Origin: an uncultured Methanosarcinales archaeon
GTDB lineage: Archaea > Nanobdellota > Nanobdellia > Woesearchaeales > JACPBV01
NCBI GenBank assembly: GCA_964492935.1
Contig: CAZBLF010000003.1
Location: 1-62,993, forward strand
DNA length: 62,993 bases
Direction of reading: 5' to 3'
Shown here: piece by piece, positions 52,448 through 60,024 of the stretch
Layout: each line of letters begins with the position of its first letter
Numbering within the stretch: position 1 is the stretch's first letter
Notes under the pieces: generated by a model
Databases searched by the model: none
Told to the model about the DNA's origin: nothing
The model's input: only the letters and a program-made list of their open reading frames with translations
Program-made: the position numbers and the translations under genes

Positions 52448-52957
52448 TTATTCTTCTTGAAGTTTGTAGGTACGGAAGAAGTCTTTTAGGAGTGCATAGA
52501 GTTCGTTTACGCGATGTTCTACTAAATCATCATCTCTCCGATCATAGTGTTTTAAGAGGAAATAATCGATGAAGGTTCTCATTGCGTAATACCAGGGGTT
52601 GTTTTCCCAGGAGGTGTGGTGTTCGGATTCTAGGAAGCCGTCAAAGATAACTAACAAATTTCCGAAGTCTACCGTTCTGCTGGTTTTTCCTTTTTTTACT
52701 TTCGCTTTCTTTAAGTCTTGGATGAGGATTCTGATTTTGACGATTGCTTTTGATTTATCGTGGAGGTTGTCATAGATTTCTAAGGCATATTCGATATCTT
52801 TGCCATGTTCGTGGACATGTTCGCGCTTCATTTTGATTTCGCGATACTTTCCTGTTTTTACTATCCAGCTTTCGATGATTTCATAGAGTTCTTTAAGATT
52901 GAATGGACCGTTATAGGAGAGTTTCTTTCCCGATACGATCATCTTTTTTTCGGTCAT
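52448..52957 (-). CDS. Unknown-function protein, paralog 1 of a tandem triplet
   Basis: 169 aa. IVSGKKLSYNGPFNLKELYEIIESW aligns with IVDHLKIDYDGIVDLKGLFRVLSQW of paralog 2. They share G-x-[LI]-x-[IV]-F-[LD]-G...W and a C-terminal helix. Confidence 0.6.
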   Translation of the reverse strand: MTEKKMIVSGKKLSYNGPFNLKELYEIIESWIVKTGKYREIKMKREHVHEHGKDIEYALEIYDNLHDKSKAIVKIRILIQDLKKAKVKKGKTSRTVDFGNLLVIFDGFLESEHHTSWENNPWYYAMRTFIDYFLLKHYDRRDDDLVEHRVNELYALLKDFFRTYKLQEE

Positions 52958-53484
52958 TGTGAAGGCGTAGTACTTTCGATTCTTTCTGTACTGGCGATGT
53001 TGAGATATTTAGTAAGATGATTGTAGAGGTCGTGCGTGTACGTCGCACATAATCTGTCGAAGCGTTCGGTATAGGCGTGATAGAAGTATTTCTCATACAT
53101 TTTTCTGATGAAGAGTAATATGGGGTGGTCGTCCCACTTGTTTTCTGAGTCGTGCATTAATTGTCCATCGAGAAAGATTCTGATTTTGCCTTTGAGTCTT
53201 TTTACTTTTTTCTTTCCTTCAGTAACGGTTACCGTTTGGAGATGCGATCCTGATATTCTGACTTTGAAATAGAAAATGGTGTAGTCGGTAAATCTTTTTG
53301 AATAATTTTGTAGATATTCGAGATGTTTTCCCGTTTCGGTTTCGTCTTCGCGGTTGGTGAGTTCGTTTTGCTCGCAGTCCCGATCGAGCGCCCACTGGGA
53401 CAGGACTCTAAACAGTCCTTTCAGATCAACGATGCCGTCGTAGTCGATCTTCAAATGATCTACAATGAATCTTGTGTCTGCCAT
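52954..53484 (-). CDS. Unknown-function protein, paralog 2
   Basis: 176 aa. 4-nt overlap with paralog 1 and 1-nt overlap with paralog 3. Confidence 0.6.
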   Translation of the reverse strand: MADTRFIVDHLKIDYDGIVDLKGLFRVLSQWALDRDCEQNELTNREDETETGKHLEYLQNYSKRFTDYTIFYFKVRISGSHLQTVTVTEGKKKVKRLKGKIRIFLDGQLMHDSENKWDDHPILLFIRKMYEKYFYHAYTERFDRLCATYTHDLYNHLTKYLNIASTERIESTTPSQ

Positions 53485-54044
53485 TAAAATTTCCTGTGCA
53501 TGCCTGAAAAGTGTTGGAATTCAAATTCATCGGATTCCATCTGTAATCGGTTTTTGATCATTGCATGCAATTCATACATTTCGTATTTGAGTTTTGTTTC
53601 ATAGCCTTGAACGATATTGTCTTTGATGACGTATTTGAAGAGGAATTTTTTGAGTTCTTCGTATAATGATGAGCCAGAGAATCTTTTTTCCCAATCGGAT
53701 TCGATGCCTGCTTTTAATTGGATCCAGATACGGCCTTTGGTGAATGTTTTTTTCTTGTTGTCTTTGTCTACGACGTCAACGTCATGCGCGTCATAGGTGT
53801 GGATATAGATTTCATAGGAGAATTTAAGGAAATCGGTCTCTTCTTTTTCTGCTTCCCAGGTATACTGGCGTTCTGCACCGAAGGGACTGGGCCTTTTATG
53901 TTTGTAAATGCGTTCGTGTAATCGGTATTTTCTCTGTCTAAAGAAGTCTGCCATCGCCTCATAGAGGTCCTGCATGTCCCAGACGCCCTTCTTTCGAATG
54001 TAGATAGGGCCTTCTCCATATTCTCCTTGCACAGACTCTGGCAT
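53484..54044 (-). CDS. Unknown-function protein, paralog 3 (most divergent)
   Basis: 186 aa with the same predicted order of elements (IYIRKKGVWDMQDLYEAMADFF ... GRIWIQLKAGIESDW ... C-terminal helix). It has its own TATA box upstream. Confidence 0.55.
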   Translation of the reverse strand: MPESVQGEYGEGPIYIRKKGVWDMQDLYEAMADFFRQRKYRLHERIYKHKRPSPFGAERQYTWEAEKEETDFLKFSYEIYIHTYDAHDVDVVDKDNKKKTFTKGRIWIQLKAGIESDWEKRFSGSSLYEELKKFLFKYVIKDNIVQGYETKLKYEMYELHAMIKNRLQMESDEFEFQHFSGMHRKF

Positions 54045-54066
54045 AGGTGTAAAATCGGGATGAAGG

Positions 54067-54075
54067 TATATAAAC
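54067..54075 (-). promoter_or_regulatory. TATA box for the paralog triplet
   Basis: Plus strand TATATAAAC (minus strand GTTTATATA), 23-31 nt upstream of ATG 54044. Confidence 0.5.
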
Positions 54076-54083
54076 GTTGTGTT

Positions 54084-54425
54084 CTAGTCGAATCCCGATG
54101 GACCTATTGTTTGAAGAATATGCTTTATTTTATTGATAGTTCCTTGTTGACTTTTTTTGTCCGACATTTTTACAAATCGAATTAACAGATCGACTAGTTC
54201 ATTCACATTGAGACATTTGAGCTTGAATCCGTCTGTTATGAAGTAGAAACGAAAGCTTTTGTATTTGAGCTCTTTTATTACGATTCCGCCTACTGTTCCA
54301 AGCTCTTTACCTTTCCTTGGATGGTCTTGCAGAGATTTCATGAGATCCAGGATGTTATGGGATTCGCCCTTGAATCGTTTTTGAATTTCTGAGAAAAGGG
54401 AGCGTGCTATCTCGATTTTGGCCAT
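54084..54425 (-). CDS. Possible RelE/HigB (Gp49-like) toxin
   Basis: 113 aa. IVIKELKYKSFRFYFITDG...FVKMSDKKSQQGTINKIKHIL resembles the x-L-[KR]...[FY]R-x-[FIY]-[YF] core and the K-K-x-Q-K-x-P..EI tail of Gp49/HigB proteins. The 5' end is overlapped by 19 nt by the RHH gene. The match is weak. Confidence 0.35.
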   Translation of the reverse strand: MAKIEIARSLFSEIQKRFKGESHNILDLMKSLQDHPRKGKELGTVGGIVIKELKYKSFRFYFITDGFKLKCLNVNELVDLLIRFVKMSDKKSQQGTINKIKHILQTIGPSGFD

Positions 54426-54616
54426 TTTTTATCGAGTTCTGCCTGCGCTTCTTCAAGTGTTATTGTGTTCTCGTCTGAGAGCAAGAATTCTCTTAATTGT
54501 TGTTTGTGGGCGATGTCGTAGAGCTTTTTTATAATCTCTTCGTAGGTTTCTCCTTTCACTCCAAAAGATCTCAGTTTTTCCTTTGTTGGGTGCGTTAGTT
54601 GTATTGTTGTAGGCAT
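54407..54616 (-). CDS. Ribbon-helix-helix (CopG-like) antitoxin-type protein
   Basis: 69 aa. MPTTIQLTHPTKEKLRSFGVKGETYEEIIKKLYDIA matches the beta-strand plus two-helix RHH pattern common in archaeal antitoxins. Confidence 0.55.
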   Translation of the reverse strand: MPTTIQLTHPTKEKLRSFGVKGETYEEIIKKLYDIAHKQQLREFLLSDENTITLEEAQAELDKKWPKSR

Positions 54617-54641
54617 TCTATGGTTGCTATAGCGGCTATAG

Positions 54642-54650
54642 TATATAAAT
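54642..54650 (-). promoter_or_regulatory. TATA box for the RHH/toxin-like pair
   Basis: Plus strand TATATAAAT, 26-34 nt upstream of ATG 54616. Confidence 0.5.
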
Positions 54651-54688
54651 GTTTTGGTATATTTATATGGGAGTTGATAGAAATAATC

Positions 54689-56557
54689 TTAGAAATTAAC
54701 GAGGACTTCTACATCTTTACCGAAGATTTCTTTGAGGCTTTCAAAGACTCGTTCTTTGATGAAGACTTTTGGTGGAATGTTTGCTTGTGCGAGGTGTTTC
54801 TCGAACTCTTCGATAGTTGTTCGTTTGGTTTTGGTGATGCCACCATCTTCGTCTAGCGTTGCTTTGGAGATTTCTTTATCTTCTTTATCGATATCGTGAA
54901 TGATGAAGGCGGTGTCGCCTAGTAAAAGAACTTCACCGTAGCGTTCTCCGTGTTTTACTCGGATTTTTGCTCTGTCTAGCTCACGTCCTCGTTTTCTCTG
55001 CATGTATTCAACTAGGAATTTGATGAAGCTGCCGGCTTCTTTCTTTAAGACGGATGCTTCTTGTTTTGTTAGTTTCTTCTCATCGTAGTCTTTCTTTGCT
55101 TTGAGTAGATCGTTGAGTGTTCTTAGATATTTAGCAGGGATCTTTCCTTGTGCGATTAATTCGTCTTCGAACAGTTTGACGATTTCTACGTCTGCTGCTC
55201 GTTCGATGCCTTCTAACTTAAGTACATCTCGGATGATGGTTACGACGTTGTCCCAGATGGCGATGACGTCTTTGCCTTCTTTGATTTTTTCGATTTGGGT
55301 GAAGAGTCTGTTTACTCGTTTGAGGTATTTTTGTGCTAGGTCTAGTAATTCATCTACTTCCTTACCGGTTAATCCTTTTTTAGTACCGTGTTCGATATCT
55401 TTTCGGATATTGATGACGCGTTCTAGGGTGTGGATGTATTTATCCTCTAGGAGCTTTTCTTTCTTTACGAAAATGTCTTTCATTAATTCAGCTGTTTCGC
55501 GTGGTGATGGGGGTGGTACGCCGTGCAGCATTAATGCAGCTTGCGATGGAGTGAGAACTGCATAGTAGATGTCTTCCATTCCGATGTTTTTCAATTCGTT
55601 CTGGACACGTTTGATCATCTGCTCGCCAGAGGCCATGAACATGTCGATGGCTTCGGTGGAGGGTTTAATCTTTCCCATTTTTAGCAGTTGTTTCCAGGGC
55701 ATGAAGATGCCTCGGTCGTAGAACGGTACGCCATCTCTCAAGAGTGTGAAGATAATGGGGTTTGCTTCTTTCAATGAATCCCAGAAGTCGGTTAAGATAT
55801 AGACCTGGATGTTTAATTTGTTCTTGACTCCAGTCATCTCTCCGGCTTCGATACCCATGCCGATGATGATTGCTCTGAGTTTGTCCTTTAATTCTGCTCT
55901 CGTCATTCGTTTGACGTCGGTATCATCGATAACTATCCAGACGTCGATGTCTGAAGATTTAGTTGCACGGCCTTGGATTAGGGATCCTGCTAAAACGTAA
56001 CTTACAATGTATTTCTCGAACTTCTTGATAACCATGTTCTTGTGCAGTTCTGCAATCTTTACTGCTTGGAGCATCCCTTTATCGAAGACGGGTGCGGACA
56101 TGGCTACTAATTGTAGAATTTCATATTTTTGGTCATAGCAGTTTTGCCATAATTCAGATAGAATGATGATTTCTGGGAAGAGGTTCTTGTCGATGTCTTG
56201 TGCTTGCTTGTCGATGATGGTGAAGAGCTTCTTTTTTAGCTCTTGTTTGGCCATCTTCTTAGAATCGGAATCGTCTACTAGGACTAGAACATTGATTTTG
56301 TTAGGATCTACTTTTTCGCCTTCTTTTGGTTTTGGAGGGGGCATTAAGGCAATACCCATGACATAGTCATCGAATTTTGCTAGGACTTGCTTTTGAAACT
56401 TTTCTAGTTTCTTTTTGATATCCTTTAATTTTTGTTCTTGTTCTTTAGAAAGTTTAGGTGGCTGTTGTGGCATGTTGGGTGCCTGGCCTCGTGGAATTGT
56501 TGATAGTTCAGTTGATTCAGGTTTCTTAGAAGGCTTTGCTTTTTTGGACTTTGCCAT
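54689..56557 (-). CDS. 622-aa protein: K-rich N-terminus, degenerate plus intact minimal nucleotidyltransferase folds, helical region with an Rx4H (HEPN-like) motif
   Basis: AGSLIQGRATKSSDIDVWIVIDD matches the G-S-x10-D-x-D pol-beta NTase signature. An earlier MGIALMPP...INVLVLVDDSD segment looks like a degenerate copy. NIRKDIEHG is a possible HEPN Rx4H motif. Confidence 0.6.
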   Translation of the reverse strand: MAKSKKAKPSKKPESTELSTIPRGQAPNMPQQPPKLSKEQEQKLKDIKKKLEKFQKQVLAKFDDYVMGIALMPPPKPKEGEKVDPNKINVLVLVDDSDSKKMAKQELKKKLFTIIDKQAQDIDKNLFPEIIILSELWQNCYDQKYEILQLVAMSAPVFDKGMLQAVKIAELHKNMVIKKFEKYIVSYVLAGSLIQGRATKSSDIDVWIVIDDTDVKRMTRAELKDKLRAIIIGMGIEAGEMTGVKNKLNIQVYILTDFWDSLKEANPIIFTLLRDGVPFYDRGIFMPWKQLLKMGKIKPSTEAIDMFMASGEQMIKRVQNELKNIGMEDIYYAVLTPSQAALMLHGVPPPSPRETAELMKDIFVKKEKLLEDKYIHTLERVINIRKDIEHGTKKGLTGKEVDELLDLAQKYLKRVNRLFTQIEKIKEGKDVIAIWDNVVTIIRDVLKLEGIERAADVEIVKLFEDELIAQGKIPAKYLRTLNDLLKAKKDYDEKKLTKQEASVLKKEAGSFIKFLVEYMQRKRGRELDRAKIRVKHGERYGEVLLLGDTAFIIHDIDKEDKEISKATLDEDGGITKTKRTTIEEFEKHLAQANIPPKVFIKERVFESLKEIFGKDVEVLVNF

Positions 56558-56579
56558 TGTTAGTGAGTTTAGAAGTTAG

Positions 56580-56588
56580 TTTATAAAT
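56580..56588 (-). promoter_or_regulatory. TATA box for the 622-aa gene
   Basis: TTTATAAAT, 23-31 nt upstream of ATG 56557. Confidence 0.5.
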
Positions 56589-56681
56589 GTTGCTTTTTGT
56601 TACTTGGGTAGATAACAGGTTGTAATCTTGAGTTGATAGTTACACTCAATGGCCAAAATCGAAAGGTTTATAATCAGATAA

Positions 56682-57407
56682 GTGATTAGTAATAGTACTA
56701 TTAATGTGACTAACCATACCATGAAAGAAAGATCTACTACTGCAGCGGACAGAAGGAGGGAGCTCATAGATGAGGCTTCAGCCCATGTAACAGATGTAGC
56801 TGGGAAATCAGAGGAGTATGGCGATAAGTTGGATGTGGTTCTTGGAAAGTATTCTGGGCATGAAGTTGGGGATGTAGATAAATTATTGGATGAGCTTTAC
56901 GGTAAGACTGATGAGGTGGGTGGAAAGCTCTCTGAACTTCTTGAGGAAAGGGTTCTTGAGGTAGGAAAAAAGCCTGAACAGCTAATAGGTCAGTATGGAA
57001 TTTCTAGAAGTCAATTGGATACTTTTCTTCGTGAAAGAGTTGTTAAGGGCAAAATTACGTCTCAAGCTGTACAGGAAGCTCGACAGGCATTACAAAGTCA
57101 ATATCTTTCGGAAGCATTACGACCTACTGAGTATACGGTCACCGGCGCAGAGGCTGGAGATAAGGTCGAATTAGCAGGAGGTATTGGCGAGATGGTTGAC
57201 CCCGCTTCTAAGGGGAAGGCAGTGCCTCAAATCCAGAATTTCACTAATGGGGTACCTGAGCGAGTAGATCAACATTTTAGGCAGACTTTACCACAGCTAG
57301 CTAATACGTATACTGCACGTCAGCGTGGAATTTATGGTGGTTTAGAATCTGATGCCGCTGTAAAGGAACCTGCACATTACCGTAAGGCGAAAGCTAAACA
57401 TAACTAG
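56682..57407 (+). CDS. Hypothetical protein
   Basis: 241 aa from a GTG start. ATG 56721 (MKERSTT) fits the TATA box at 56667-74 better. A/E/G/R-rich, no motif. Confidence 0.4.
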   Translation: MISNSTINVTNHTMKERSTTAADRRRELIDEASAHVTDVAGKSEEYGDKLDVVLGKYSGHEVGDVDKLLDELYGKTDEVGGKLSELLEERVLEVGKKPEQLIGQYGISRSQLDTFLRERVVKGKITSQAVQEARQALQSQYLSEALRPTEYTVTGAEAGDKVELAGGIGEMVDPASKGKAVPQIQNFTNGVPERVDQHFRQTLPQLANTYTARQRGIYGGLESDAAVKEPAHYRKAKAKHN

Positions 57408-57412
57408 GGGGA

Positions 57413-57745
57413 TTGTTCATGAAAAAATTTAGAGGAGTGCTGGATAAGGTTAGTTCTATCTTAGATAGTAAGGTATTGAAGCCTGCTGATAAGAAGTCTA
57501 AGGCTTTCGACATGCTCAACGCCCACTACGGGAAAAGTTATATGATTTTTCGTCAGCTTGAAGATTTGCAAACTCTACAAAAGAATTATCATCATGAGGT
57601 CTATATTGTATTAAGAGATGTTCTTGGCGATAAGCACCCCGTTACGAATGCTCAAATTAAGAGAAAACTTAAGCGCTTGAAGACGCTTCATCTGGAGAAC
57701 ATGCTTACCATTAAGGATGTCATGAAGCGAGAGAAATATCTCTGA
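57413..57745 (+). CDS. Hypothetical small helical protein
   Basis: 110 aa from a TTG start. ATG 57419 (MKKFRG) is likely and is preceded by AGGGGGA. Confidence 0.4.
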   Translation: MFMKKFRGVLDKVSSILDSKVLKPADKKSKAFDMLNAHYGKSYMIFRQLEDLQTLQKNYHHEVYIVLRDVLGDKHPVTNAQIKRKLKRLKTLHLENMLTIKDVMKREKYL

Positions 57746-57828
57746 TTTTTTGTTTTTACATTCTCTATTTACCCTTACTTAGTCTTTTTCCGATAGCTTT
57801 TTATATAGTTACTACTGTCTAGTGGTTT

Positions 57829-58893
57829 ATGGTAAGGATTGGAGCTTATTTTCATAACTCAGACGGTAGTACGATCATGCCGAAGGCCTATGGTCACGGC
57901 GAATTTGAGAAAGATAAGGCTGCAGGTGGTTTTGAGCAGTATGGCGAGATGCATCTGCGCGACCAGGGCAAGAAGGATATGGATGATTGGACGTCTCGTC
58001 ATGGTATTCATGATGTTGTTGCTCAACGGAAATCTGTTGGTATAAAAATTCCTGTTAAGGGTGTTTATGAGATTGCTGGTGCGCCGAAGGACGGTATTAG
58101 GGTAGCGAAAGGCGATCTTGATGTCAATATGCGAGATGTAGGGAAATATCTTTCTAAAATGCATCAATTACAGGAGGATGTTGTTTCGTATCTGCGTTCG
58201 GATGCTGGAGATGCTATGCGAGAGCATTTTGCTGAAAAAGGTATGTCGATTGAGGATATTGGTAATTTGGCAATTGGGTATATCGGTGAAAGTGCGTTTG
58301 CTGCTATTGGTCGAGGTAGGGATGGGAAGATTACTCTGTATGCTAATCCTAACTTCTTCAAGGATGCTGAAAGGCAAGCCAAGTATCTGGGATTAAGCGC
58401 TAAGGAGCAAAAGGAACTGGTGATTGCTGAAGAATTAGGTCATAATTTTAGGAAGTCATATGATCGGTTGTCCATGATTTTTGGTTTGTTAGGGGTGATT
58501 CCGGAAGAGGTTGCTACGAAAAAAGATGTTACTACTATCTATCATCGGTTGGCTGCTGAGGCTAGGGATCCTGTTGAAAAGGCCAAATATACTCGCATGG
58601 CACGGATGAGTCATATCGATATGTTGCTTGCTCCTGTTACGTATGCTCGCGCTGCTGCTCGAAAAAGTGCTAAAAAGTCATCTGAACTTGAGGCATTGGT
58701 TGCTGAGGCGGTTGCTGAAGCAGCTGAAGAGGGCATTACTTCTGAGGAAGGAGTTGCTTCGTATGTTGCTGGTAAGGTTGCAGAGTATGTTGATGATGCT
58801 GACTTAGAGGATGCCGTTGATTCTGATGAAGATGGTTCGGAAGCTTCAGATGAAGATTCTGGCGATTCTGATGGCGATTCTGGCGGAGAATAG
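57829..58893 (+). CDS. Hypothetical protein with strongly acidic C-terminal tail
   Basis: 354 aa. It contains AEELGHNF (not a true HExxH). The last 60 aa are D/E/S/G-rich. Confidence 0.4.
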   Translation: MVRIGAYFHNSDGSTIMPKAYGHGEFEKDKAAGGFEQYGEMHLRDQGKKDMDDWTSRHGIHDVVAQRKSVGIKIPVKGVYEIAGAPKDGIRVAKGDLDVNMRDVGKYLSKMHQLQEDVVSYLRSDAGDAMREHFAEKGMSIEDIGNLAIGYIGESAFAAIGRGRDGKITLYANPNFFKDAERQAKYLGLSAKEQKELVIAEELGHNFRKSYDRLSMIFGLLGVIPEEVATKKDVTTIYHRLAAEARDPVEKAKYTRMARMSHIDMLLAPVTYARAAARKSAKKSSELEALVAEAVAEAAEEGITSEEGVASYVAGKVAEYVDDADLEDAVDSDEDGSEASDEDSGDSDGDSGGE

Positions 58894-58918
58894 TTCTTTT
58901 TAGGTTTGATTTGTGTTC

Positions 58919-59033
58919 GCGCTGAGGCACGGCCGTATCATGAGCAAGCTCAATTTGAAGCGAGCGAGAGTAGCTGTGAGACTTCGTCAAATCGCCGCTT
59001 CTCGCAACAGCGGCCTCAATGGGCGTCAGCGCT
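58919..59033 (+). repeat. Family-C structured repeat, long form (C1)
   Basis: Closed by GCGCTGA/TCAGCGC. The core GAGGCACGGC..ATGAGC..TTGAAGCGAGCGAGAG.AGCTG.GAGACTTCGTCAA.TCGCCGCTTCTCGCAACAGC.GCCTCA..GGGCGT is about 85-90% identical to C2. Confidence 0.85.
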
Positions 59034-59035
59034 GC

Positions 59036-59803
59036 TTAGGATTCTATAGCGGTTAGCCAGAGGACTTTGGTATATGCTGTGATGGCTAGGGTTGTGAAGA
59101 TTGCTATTAGAGGAATTGCGAGATAGCCGTCGATGGTGGTCATGAAGAGGTACATTGGCAGGGCTACTAAGAGGATGTTGATGAGGAAGAAGAGTAGGAG
59201 AAGGTGGCCTTTGTTGATGATTAGGGAAAGGATTTTCTTAGGTATTTGTTTTATGGGATGATGTGTTGTTGCGAATGCTGTATAGCTGAGGAAGGAGATG
59301 ACTGCGATTACGGTTAATGCTACTCCCGTGGGTAAATACTGTTGTTCATTGATGCCGGTTAGGGCTGTTTTTAGGTAGCTTGTGATAAGTTGTTGTATTG
59401 CTATTGAGGTTATTAGACCGATGATTACTATGTTGACATAGGTTTTGGTGTTTATCTTTCTGATCATGGATTGCGCTAATAACCATGCTACTCCGTTGAT
59501 GAGGATGAAGGCTATTGCTATTGCTATTCCTCCTCGCTCGAAATAGGTGAGCATGTTTTGGAAGCTTCTGTAGATTTTGGCTGCGTCTTGTTGTTGGAGT
59601 TGCGGTTGTTCTTGGTTTTGTATTGCTAATTGGTCATAGATTTCCATTCCTTGCTTGCCTTCCTCTATTGCTGGGATGATGGTGAAGAATGCTGCTATGG
59701 AGATGGTGAAAAGGAAGAGTAGTTGTACCACTACGATGGTTGCGAATCTTGATTTGTTGTTCTTTATTTTTTGGAAGCTGTTTTTGAAGGGTTCTTTGAT
59801 CAT
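59036..59803 (-). CDS. Polytopic membrane protein, unknown function
   Basis: 255 aa with about 6 TM. A Q-rich loop (NQEQPQLQQQD). Flanked by direct copies C1 and C2. Confidence 0.5.
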   Translation of the reverse strand: MIKEPFKNSFQKIKNNKSRFATIVVVQLLFLFTISIAAFFTIIPAIEEGKQGMEIYDQLAIQNQEQPQLQQQDAAKIYRSFQNMLTYFERGGIAIAIAFILINGVAWLLAQSMIRKINTKTYVNIVIIGLITSIAIQQLITSYLKTALTGINEQQYLPTGVALTVIAVISFLSYTAFATTHHPIKQIPKKILSLIINKGHLLLLFFLINILLVALPMYLFMTTIDGYLAIPLIAIFTTLAITAYTKVLWLTAIES

Positions 59804-59853
59804 GGAGGATTTGTAGATAGTAACTTTATAAGGTTTTGGGGCAAACTTGGACT

Positions 59854-59976
59854 ATGCCAAGACACGGCGCACTTATGAGCTTTCTTCGAAATCTCACTTT
59901 GAAGCGAGCGAGAGGAGCTGCGAGACTTCGTCAATTCGCCGCTTCTCGCAACAGCAGCCTCATCGGGCGTTGGCAT
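59854..59976 (+). repeat. Family-C structured repeat, long form (C2)
   Basis: Closed by ATGCCAA/TTGGCAT. Same core as C1 plus an extra CTTCGAAATCTCAC segment. Confidence 0.85.
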
Positions 59977-60024
59977 GGTCTCTCGGAGCAAAAGTTTATT
60001 AAAGCCTGTTTTCAATTATAGAGT

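Noticed and set aside
51431-52572. ORFs 51431-51622, 52251-52460 and 52360-52572
   Set aside because: They lie over tRNA-Leu, the tRNA-like gene, tRNA-Val and repeat D2.
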